Below, in pieces: positions 23,370 through 32,547 of a stretch of 32,547 nt of DNA. The position numbers and the translations under genes were made by a program. The DNA is taken from contig RBNJ01000341.1 of the NCBI GenBank assembly GCA_003990765.1, positions 1-32,547 of the forward strand, written 5' to 3'. Position 1 is the first letter of the stretch. The number at the start of each line of letters is the position of its first letter. This DNA comes from Jimgerdemannia flammicorona (Eukaryota). The notes below the pieces were generated by a model that ran no database searches, had not been told where the DNA came from, and saw only the letters and a list, made by a program, of their open reading frames with translations.

Positions 23370-23497
23370 TACATTTATACAAATATATATACACATAAAT
23401 ACATATGTATATAAATACATATATATGCAAATATACATATATGCAAACACACATATATATATAAATATATATATAAATATATAAATATAAATATATT
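23370..23497. repeat. (AT/AC)n degenerate microsatellite
   Basis: ATATATACACATAAATACATATGTATAT... low-complexity tract. Confidence 0.7.
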
Positions 23498-24181
23498 AAC
23501 AGATCAGTCTTTAATAGTTCATAATACTGATGATACTTCAAGTTAAATATCCTCAATAGTTCCATACTTTCTATGTAATCCTTACTCTGAAATCTGACAA
23601 CATTGTGCTAAGATTGAAGATAATATTATTTATAATTATTGTAGATAAAAAATTAAAAAAATAAGATGTATTTATGATATAACTAATACTTTTGTTTAAT
23701 ATACACATAATGTTATTTCTATTAACCTCTATATATGATATAGCCAGAAGTTCAAAATATTTAGTGAGTTAACTTCAAACATATACATATCAATATATAA
23801 AAGACAAATACTCTGACAAATCAAGAAGAATACAAAAACAAATAAAATTGATATTCAAGCTATAGTAGATATATTTATCTGATTGTCTGACCAATTCTAT
23901 ATCAATAATCAAAAATATTTAGTCATATTTTTCAGTAGAATTTTGAAATCAACTTATTTACTAGATTGTATATATAGATCAATTATTCACAACTATTGAG
24001 AGTAACCAGTTGTATAGCATCTTTGGTCTCCTTAAGTATGATTTATATCTGCTAAATACCAATACTATTTACAAAGATATCCTAGAGATCTATAGAAAAA
24101 AATATAATAATCTACCAGATACTTCAGATAAAATAAATAAATAAGAACAACACTATGACCATTGCAAGTTTAATTATATAT

Positions 24182-25564
24182 TGTAACAGTGACCCCAGAA
24201 TGATGACATCAGCATAGGAGACAGCCTTTTTTTACAAGCCACCAGATCGGAGTACAAGAAGATCATATGGCATACGAGATGAGCAATGATGACCAACTGT
24301 AAGTCATTGTGACCACAGCACAAGCATCCTGAAGAATATAAAAGAAGGACCAAGGAACTGCAGTAGCAGCAACTAACAAGAACTACCAATCTCAAAATAG
24401 CTCAAAGACTTACCACAAACAAAATGCCTGCTGCCTGCCAAACCTCAAGGTCAAGAAATTACCAAGGTATCTCGGTCAAGGAAAGGATGTTCCAAGACAT
24501 CAGAAGAGCCATGAGGACCTGCTCAAGAAGGACTCCTAGCATCAACCTGGGTACTACAGACCCCTATCACTTCATTTTCTACTGCCACGAAATGGAAACA
24601 AGGATCACTATTGCCACCGAATGCCTCCAAATGTGGCAGGAGTATGAAATAGGAAACCTCCTCTGCTGGGAGTTCCCACAGACCAGCCCTCAAGAGCTAC
24701 AAGATGCCACTCCCATGGACCTACGTGAGGCAAGGATAGCAAAGAAGATCCATCAGATCTTCAGGCATGCACCATGGTTGATCCCCAACTTGGAGTATGT
24801 TAGAGTCTCAGACTTCAGAGACCTGTCATCCTGCTGTATCAATGCACTAGAAGCCAGGGTAGCTACAGAAGCCCAGTCCACCATCACCCTCAATAGTAAA
24901 GAAGTAGAAGACTTCTGGCACCCTATCCTTCAGGACAACCCAGACCAATTTCTACAAGGATTGATCTCAGTATTCCAAGGCCCAAGCATCCAGGTCAGAT
25001 CTCCTCAAGAGCTCACATTTGTTCCTTATTTTGTGAAAGAGAACCTCATAGACTGGAGAGCTTCAGATCTTGTCCCCGATTTCCCCACCAAACATGATAA
25101 CGTCATCGGTGATGATGTCATCCTGCGCGACATACCACGCGAAGTACATGAAATACATGGCAATGAAGTACGTGAGACATGCAGCCTGCATGACGAATTT
25201 GTGGACCTCATCTCCTTCAGTGATGATGATGATGAAGCTCCCATGGTCCTGAACTTTCTGCTCTAAGTTCTTTGTTATACTGGATAATGCCAGCACTGGT
25301 ATTCTCATATAACACTGGATAATGCCAGCCCTGGAACTTAGTAGTTTTAGTTATTGGAATTTATATTTAGCTTTATATCTTAGCAACCATTGAATTATAT
25401 TTTATATAAATACCTCTCTTATTTCCTCTGAAATAAAGTCAGTCAAGTTCACTTACACACACTTCCTTGCAAGCAATCTAAGAAATAACAAGACAGTTAA
25501 AGATAAGAAGTTTGAGGACTATAAGATCTTAAGAAGGCACTCCAATAAGAACTTGCTTATAACA
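24182..25564 (+). repeat. Probable 5' LTR of family 2 (3' boundary uncertain)
   Basis: TG start; TATATAAATACC at ~25403-25414; AATAAA at 25432; candidate end TTATAACA. No second LTR is available to confirm, and no clear PBS. Confidence 0.55.
24424..25266 (+). CDS. Intact 280-aa LTR-region accessory ORF, homologous to the family-1 LTR ORF; function unknown
   Basis: ATG-to-TAA open frame upstream of the TATA box; shares YEIGNLL and IAKK..QIF.....LIPNL..........LS...IN pattern with the family-1 LTR ORF. Confidence 0.7.
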   Translation: MPAACQTSRSRNYQGISVKERMFQDIRRAMRTCSRRTPSINLGTTDPYHFIFYCHEMETRITIATECLQMWQEYEIGNLLCWEFPQTSPQELQDATPMDLREARIAKKIHQIFRHAPWLIPNLEYVRVSDFRDLSSCCINALEARVATEAQSTITLNSKEVEDFWHPILQDNPDQFLQGLISVFQGPSIQVRSPQELTFVPYFVKENLIDWRASDLVPDFPTKHDNVIGDDVILRDIPREVHEIHGNEVRETCSLHDEFVDLISFSDDDDEAPMVLNFLL

Positions 25565-25759
25565 ACTTGAGTTAGTCTAAGAGATACACCTTGAAGAGAA
25601 TCTGGCATATTTGAAGGACTCAATGGCCACTACATGACAACTTGGTGCCTATTGGCTGGTGATTCAAGATAAATCCCTCACTTTCAAGCTAAAAAATGAA
25701 CAACCCCACAACAACTACCCTGACTACAAGAGTCACCCCCTGCAAGAATTTAAGATAAG

Positions 25760-28700
25760 ATGGAAATGCATCCCCCTATATTCTATAGATATACTACTGA
25801 AGAGTCAATCCTGACCTTCATTGAAGACTTTGAACAATTTGCCACCATATGAGCCCTTGGTGTGGATGCTCAATTGGCCCTTCTATTAGTCAGCCTCAGA
25901 GGACCTGCCAGAGACAAGTTCAATGCAGCCACCATTGCTGATACTGGTACAGCCAAACTTACCAATATGAAGGCCTTCCTCAGAACAACATATTATATCA
26001 AAGAGATCAAGCAAGCTCTTAAGGATCAACTCAATACTATCTGCCAGGGACTTAGTGAAGATCCCAACTCATTCTATACCTGAATTTACCACCAGATTGT
26101 CTTGGCTGGCTATGATGATCACCTCAAAGAACAAATAGCAGATTCAACCTTCCTCAAAGGAGTTCACTCTGAAATTGCTCTAGCAATCTGGTCTACCTCA
26201 GCTGTACTGACCCTTGATCAGAAAGTGGTCTTTGCACAGAGATATTGGACTGCCAGACACCTTGCCAAACTCTCAATGGAGAAAATAACTGGCATCAAGA
26301 TGGAGCCATCAAAGCTAACTAGTATCTTACCTACCATAGTTGTAAACAGACAACCAATCCCACCTACCCCCAAGACAGCCAAAGCTGACCCAGTGGAAGA
26401 ACTTGTCAAGCAGTTCACTGAGATGACTGCACACCTTGGTGATGTTGTTAGAGAAGTCTGAAGCATCAACAGGAGACCAGTGCAGAGATTTGCAGCTGCT
26501 ACAGAAGAACACAATAACATCACATGCTTCAGATGTAAAGAAGAAGGCCACTATGCAAAGAATTGCATGACTGAAACAAGACGCAAAGCCCAACCAAGCA
26601 ATGCTAGCAGAACCAGAGAACAAACCAATACAGTAGTCATTGAGGAGATTGGTGACACTGATGATGAAGAGTATTACGAGGAGCTCGAATTCTACCCTGC
26701 TACTGAAGGTACCAGAACCTGGTCCAAGCCCTATGACAAGAAGAGCAACAGCAAGCCAGTTGGAAGACCAAAAAAGACTCCAGCTGTCACTATTCAAAGC
26801 AAGACCCAACATGAGGAGATTGATCAAGACATGGAGTTAGATGAGGCTGCCCACCAAATCATCGAAGGTACTACTCCAGTCTCAGGAGAAAGCAAGAGCA
26901 AGAAGGAACAGAAGCTGCGCAAGACCAAGATCCACCAGTATGACATCTACAAGGACCTCAAGGAACAGAAGATCAATGCCACTTTTGGGCAGCTAGCTGA
27001 AGTCCCTGCCTTCAGACAGCAGTTGAGAGTAGGACTTACAACTACTGTCAAGAATCAAGAGTATAAGATTGTAGAAGTTCACAATGCACAAGAAGAATCT
27101 GAGAACTCAGGTGAAGAATCTGAAGACCAGCACAAGACATCAGCCTATACCCCCTGCCAGATTGAAGACTGTATCTTTGATGCCATCATTGATACTGGTG
27201 CTGGAGGATGCCTCATGAGCAAGAAAGCAATTGACTACCTAGGTTGGGACATTGAAGAGTCCACCAAAATGGTCTATGTCACAGCAGACGGTATACAAGC
27301 TACCCCTCTTGACAAAATCCGAGAAGTCTCCATCAAGATAGGAGGAGCTACCATCCCAGTAGATGTGATTGTTACAAGCACCACCAACTATAACATCCTC
27401 ATCAGCAACCAATGGCTTCACAAGGCCAAGGCCATCATTGACCTCAATGCCCAGAAGATGCAGATCAACTACAGAGGAAGAAAGGTATGAGTTTCTATCA
27501 ATGTCCACAAAGGAGTCCTGCCAGACATGGAGGAAGGAGATGAAGAAGACACAGAGGTCTTCATGCACTTGGTGAACAAGAATAAGAACAAGACACCCAA
27601 GCTCACAGATGAGCAGTGGTATAACAAGATCATCGATGGGTATGCCCCTCAAGGAAGATGCCCCCATGGTACTAGAATGTACTGCTCTGAACACCTGAAT
27701 GACTACTGATCCTGTATCAGTGAAGTCAGGAAAATCTGCCAACAAAAATATGAGCAAGAAGCTGCTGAAGCAAAAAGGAAAACTGAAGAAGATGACCAGC
27801 CCCCAGAGCTTCAAGCTGACAGTGATAATGAGGAGGAACAAGAACCAGACATCACTCTCAAGGTCAAGAAGTTTCACCCTGAAGCCAAGATCCCCGAATA
27901 CAAGACTGAAGGAGCCATAGGAATGGATCTTGCCAGCATCCAAGATGCTACTCTCGAACCACAGACCACTACCCTACTTGGCACTGGAATTGGAGTCAAG
28001 TTGCCAGAAAACCACACCAGAATTATCAAGACCAGGAGCAGTCTGACCAAAAGCAAAATCTCAGTTGAAGGAGGAGTAATTGACCCTGATTACACTGGTG
28101 AGATTTTTCTCATAGTCAGAAATCACAACCACACCACTCCCTTCGAAGTCAAGAAGTATAACAGGATTGGCCAGATGCTGATCCACGAAATCAAGAAGCC
28201 CAAGATCATAGAGGCCACTGAGCTTATCAAGACCAAGAGAGAAGAACAAGGCTTTGGATCTACTGGAAGAGGAGCCTATGCTGCCACCAAGATTACTGAA
28301 CTTGAGCACAAGAAATACAAGGACCAGAGCAAGCACATATATACTATTGGAGAAAACTTTCCCTTAGAGGAACAACTTCTCAAGATCCTGTACTAGAACA
28401 AAGGAGTACTTACTACAGACTTTAGGGATATCCATAATCAAGAACCCAAGTACCACCATGAAGTTGACACTGGTGATACCAAGCCTATCTACCAGAAAGC
28501 CAGACCCATACCACCTGCCTACAGAGAGTGGCTGCGAGCCAAACTCAAGGAAATGGAAGAAGCTGGAATCATCAAGCAAGCTATCAGCCCCTGGGCCTCA
28601 CCCATTGTCCTTGCTCCGAAGAAAGGAAGCAAGCCTGGAGAGTTTGCACCAAGACTCTGCATTGACTACAGGAAACTCAATGCCATCACCAAGAAGGATA

Positions 28701-29788
28701 GGCAGCTCTTGCCAAATATTCAAGAAATCCTTACCACTCTTGGAAGTGAAGCCAAATACTACACCACCTTGGATCTGTTCTCAGGCTTCCATCAGATCAG
28801 TCTCACTCAAGATGCCAGTGAGAAATCAGTCTTCATCACACCTGATGCCACCTACATCTATCTGTAAATGCCATTTGGAATGTGCAATGCCCCAGCAAGT
28901 TTCCAGTGAATGATGAACAGAGTCTTCAGCAATGAGATTGGAAAATGGCTCTTTATCTATGTTGATGATGTGATCATCTTCAGCAATACTGCACAGGAAC
29001 ATATCAATCACATACAGCTAGCCCTCAAGAGGCTCAAGGAGCATGGCCTCTACATCAAGCCCAAGAAATGCAAGTTTGCAGCTCAAGAAATCACCTACCT
29101 AGGACACCTCATCAACTAGACTGGAATCCACACAGACCCTATAAAGATCAAGACTGTTGCAGCCTACCCAAGACCCAGAACAACCACAGAAGTCCATGCC
29201 TTCCTTGGACTGGCCAGCTACTACAGAAGATTTATCAAAGGATACTCCAACATTACAGCACCTATCTATGAGCTACTGAAGAAGCAGACCAAATTCGAAT
29301 GGACCAAGGAGTGCCAAGAAATCTTCAATGAACTCAAGACCAGGTTGACCCAAGCACCCATCCTCAGAAGACCAGACTGGAACCTAGAATTCATCCTGCA
29401 GACAGACACGAGTGCTATAGGACTTGGAGCAGTCCTAGCTCAGAAGAAAGATGGACATGAATATGTCATCTCCTATACAAGCCGAGATACCTGCAGAGCA
29501 GAACAGAACTATGAGTCATGCAAGCTTGAATGCTTAGTGGTAGTTTGGGCAGTAGATAAGTTCCACTACTACCTAGCTGAAAAACACTTCACCATTCAGA
29601 CAGACCATTCCACTCTTGCCTGGCTATTCCACACTCTGAACCCCAAAGGAATATATACCAGATAGATCTACAGGCTGCAAGAATATGATTATACTATCAA
29701 GCACTGCCCAGGAAAGACCAACACCAATGCTGATGTACTCTCAAGGATACCCCAAAACATCCCCATCAAGACTATTCAACATGAATAA
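25760..29788 (+). pseudogene. gag-PR-dUTPase-RT-RNaseH polyprotein in a single frame with about ten premature stops
   Basis: MEMHPPIF..; CFRCKEEGHYAKNC; IIDTGAG; dUTPase 27857-28267 (GMDLAS, RSSL, GGVIDPDYTGEI, GFGSTG); SPWASPIV, RLCIDYRKLN, LDLFSGFHQI, YVDDVII; LQTDTSAIGLGAVL, TDHSTL, NADVLSR. All ORF-track pieces share one frame. Confidence 0.94.
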
Positions 29789-31028
29789 GGAGCTATACTA
29801 TAGATTAATCAGCTATCTTGGGCAGCGGAAGATGCCCAACCACCTCGAACCCTGAACAATCACCATTATCAACTGGACTTAGAAACAGTTTGAATTAGAC
29901 AACACTACACTCAGAAAAGGAGGAAAGCTAGTAATACCTGAATATAAGAAATATCAAGTAATGAAGGAAGTACATGAGCAAGGACACTTAGGAGGAACTA
30001 ACACATATGATAAGACAAAAAGAACCATGTGGTGGCCCAAGATGGAAGAAGACCTGTGCCAATTTATCAAAGGGTGTGACAAGTGCCAAAAACAGAAACA
30101 AGATCAGCAAGACCAGGCACTCGGATCATCAAGAATTGAGCCTATCCCCTTCCACCACATCGCAATGGATATCATTGGACCACTACCAGTAACACTATCA
30201 GGAAACCACTATATTATAGTTATTGTAGACCTCTTCACCAAATGGATAGAGGCAGGAGCATTACAAGAAGCCAATGCCCTCTCTATAGCCAATTTCCTAC
30301 ACTGAGAAATCATCTACCACTACAAGACACCAAAGCAAATCACAACAGACCGTGGTACAGAATTTGTCAATGGATTCCATAAGATAATATACCAGAAATA
30401 CAAGATCCAGCACATCAAGACCACTGCATACCACCCTCAAGGAAATGGACAGACAGAGAGAACCAACAAGACCCTCAAGAACATCCTAGCAAAGATCTCA
30501 GAGACATATGAGAATTGGGATAACTATCTCCCAACTGCCCTCTCTGTTCTATGAGACATATGATCACAGAGCACACATTTTATCCCAAGAGAGCTGCTCT
30601 TTGGAGAAGAAGATTCTAATGGAACCTCAGCCACAAATCTAGATCTAACTTGGAGACAGATTGATGTAGAAATCCGGAGACTACACCAAATCAGGAAGAA
30701 GGCTGAAGATTACATCACCAAGTTACAAGTACTGATAAGAAAGAATGCAGAAAAGAATCACAAGGTCCTAGAATCCATCTGAATTGGAGAAAAGGTTCTA
30801 CTATATCGAAATATGGTAGAAGCCTCATAGTCACGAAAACTGGAGCCCAAATGGGAAGGACCCTTCTACATGCAAGATATCAAGAGAACTATCTTCTGGC
30901 TTAGAAAAATCTCAGGGACCATACTGCCTACCACGGTACATAGGAACAGACTCAAGAAGTACCACAAACCTATACAAGAGAAGCAAAACATGATGACCAC
31001 CCATGAGGTTCTAGTCTATGAATCGTAA
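29781..31028 (+). pseudogene. Integrase in a separate reading frame with its own ATG
   Basis: MNKELYYRLISYL...HEQGHLG...CDKCQK...AMDIIGPLP...TDRGTEF...AYHPQGNGQTERTN...KLEPKWEGPF...VHRNRLKKY; 416 codons with a few stops; no chromodomain. Confidence 0.9.
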
Positions 31029-31311
31029 CAGCATGTCCCATGACCAGCAGGCTATCTGTCTAGACCATTCTCTAAGGGATACGACACTGGCAACTACTTA
31101 TCCGTGAAGACTTTCGCAGTCAGAGGAGTTCGAACCGTCAACTGATTGGTCAAGATCAGAATCAGGCCCTTGCTCTATATAAAGGGAGCGACCCTTCACC
31201 ATCACGCCAAAATACAAAGAGAAGACACCAGCCCATAAACACCAGTTTTCGACCTCTTGTCAGAGGTTATGGGATCAGCAAATTTTTCAGGACTGGACTA
31301 ATGAATAAGGA

Positions 31312-32547
31312 TAGTGCTCCGAATGAATGGAGTTGATCCGGATGAGATTCAATTCAGATTCGTCATGTGATGGATTCAAATCAACTCGGATTGGTCTCGT
31401 GATCTGATCCGGATTGATCTGGATTGATCTGGATTGATCCATCTGGATTGATCCATCCGGATTGATCCATCCAGATGATCCATCTGAATGATCCATCCGG
31501 ATGATCCATCCGGATGATCCATCCGGATTGACCCATCCGGATTGATCCATTCGGATTGAAATCTTTGGTGACATCACCCTTTCTTTTGTTCATTTCGCTC
31601 TTGTTTTTTTTTTCTGCCGCACTTTGGTGACATCACTCTTTCCTTTGTTCCCTCTTTTTTCTTTGTTCTTTTTCTTTGTTCTTTCCTGCCGCATCATGAG
31701 CAAACAAAACAGCAGCCCTAAATTCATACATTGGTCCAGTCTACTCATTTTTCACCCTGCAATGATCGTCAAAAGAGGGAGTATTCGAGGTGGAAACGCA
31801 CTCTCTGCTGACAATGTTAGATTCTTTCTCATATGGACAGCACACAAGCTGCTCATCGAGAGCCAAAGGGGTGATGGTGGTGGCGGTGGCAGTGGCGATG
31901 GTGATGGCGATGGCGGGGATGAGGGAGAATTCCGGCAACAACTCACGGTGGCCCTTCGGACCTCGGAATTCACAGACCTCACAGCTATGTACATGGCAGC
32001 CTTTTTGGAGCAGCCGATAGTAGATGTAGGTTGCTCACTCGGCCGCCACTTGTTTACTTGTGTTTATTTATTTAAACTTCCCCAGTACGACCCAATTCAT
32101 CTCGTGCTTTTCTCAGGGTCTACAGCTCTACGGCAAGATCTGCTGACTTTATTCGCAACATCTGGTCAAGATGAAGAAAGGCTGGCGGACGTTGCGAGGC
32201 ATGCCTTTGGTGGCTGAGCTGTTGAGTCAATGCATCGCATAGTGGAGGTCTCAAAAGGAACAGAAGCAAGCCTTTGTGAGCAATTCTTGTGCAACTCGTG
32301 CAACTCATCAGCGTGCAACTCGTCGGCATGCAACTCATCAGCATGCAGCTCACTCACTCATGCTCTTTTTCTGAAATACCCATCTCTGTGTTTTATTTAA
32401 TTTCATTTTTATGTGGTCTCCCCCTAAAAAAACACCCACACCCGCACGCAACCCGCATGCAATCCGTCTGCACGCAACCCGCCTGCCCGCACGCAACCCG
32501 CCCGCACACAACCCACCCGCAACCCGCCCGCATGCAACCTGCCCGCA
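31312..32547 (+). mobile_element. Young CpG-rich copy of the cargo-carrying DNA transposon (terminus, subterminal repeats, 5' part of cargo gene); runs off the window
   Basis: Begins TAGTGCTCCGAATG; dense GATCCATCCGGATT repeats at 31400-31560; inverted homolog of 21030-22221 with many CpGs retained. Confidence 0.85.
31696..32275 (+). pseudogene. 5' exons of the cargo (putative dioxygenase) gene in the young copy
   Basis: ATG at 31696 or 31762; open frame to 32217 with a Gly/Asp tract; intron-like segment ~32026-32116. The frame of the second exon is ambiguous because each frame has at least one TGA. Confidence 0.45.

Larger units (their letters stand above)
24182..31311 (+). mobile_element. 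Ty3/Gypsy LTR retrotransposon with dUTPase (family 2), interrupted at 31312; 3' LTR outside window
   Basis: Abrupt compositional change at TGTAACAG; order gag-CCHC-PR-dUTPase-RT-RH then integrase. Confidence 0.9.

Noticed and set aside
25565..25625. PBS of the family-2 element
   Set aside because: Candidates (TTGAGTTAGTC, TGGCATATTTGAAGG) cannot be matched to a tRNA by eye.
26327..27943. Long hydrophobic minus-strand ORFs (env-like?)
   Set aside because: Antisense shadows of the A-rich gag-pol frame; no signal peptide or fusion-protein features.
25760..29788. TGA read-through or an alternative genetic code
   Set aside because: Stops include TAG and TAA, and fall at positions where Arg, Gln or Trp is expected, consistent with C>T/G>A decay.
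21030..32547. Treating the two inverted copies as TIRs of one giant element
   Set aside because: Their termini (22221 and 31312) face inward, their ages differ greatly, and each sits in a different target; they are independent insertions.

Overview
Eukaryotic (fungal) DNA. It is probably from an early-diverging, Mucoromycota-like, TE-rich genome; this is an inference from the GC-rich intron-containing gene, the element types and the strong CpG decay. Bases 1-1365 hold the last four exons of a sphingosine-1-phosphate lyase (DPL1/SGPL1). From about 2040 onward the window is a nested, CpG-depleted transposon block. It contains: (i) a full-length but decayed Ty3/Gypsy chromovirus (6537-17102; 2-kb LTRs, CTTAT TSD, dUTPase), plus a partial LTR, an antisense solo LTR and older LTR fragments of the same family; (ii) a hAT transposase pseudogene with its subterminal repeats; (iii) a second Gypsy element (24182-31311) with dUTPase and a separately framed integrase; (iv) two inverted copies, one old and one young, of a DNA-transposon end (TAGTGCTCC terminus, ATCCGG repeats). 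The most notable signal is hidden from the ORF track: this DNA transposon carries a spliced minus-strand gene whose last exon reconstructs to an HxD...H 2OG-Fe(II) dioxygenase with TET/JBP-like spacing, a candidate anti-methylation cargo. Two further signals link the retrotransposon families. Both carry a homologous accessory ORF inside the LTR, and both carry a small CPHG...CxxC module beside the dUTPase, in different domain orders. All translations and counts were done by eye.
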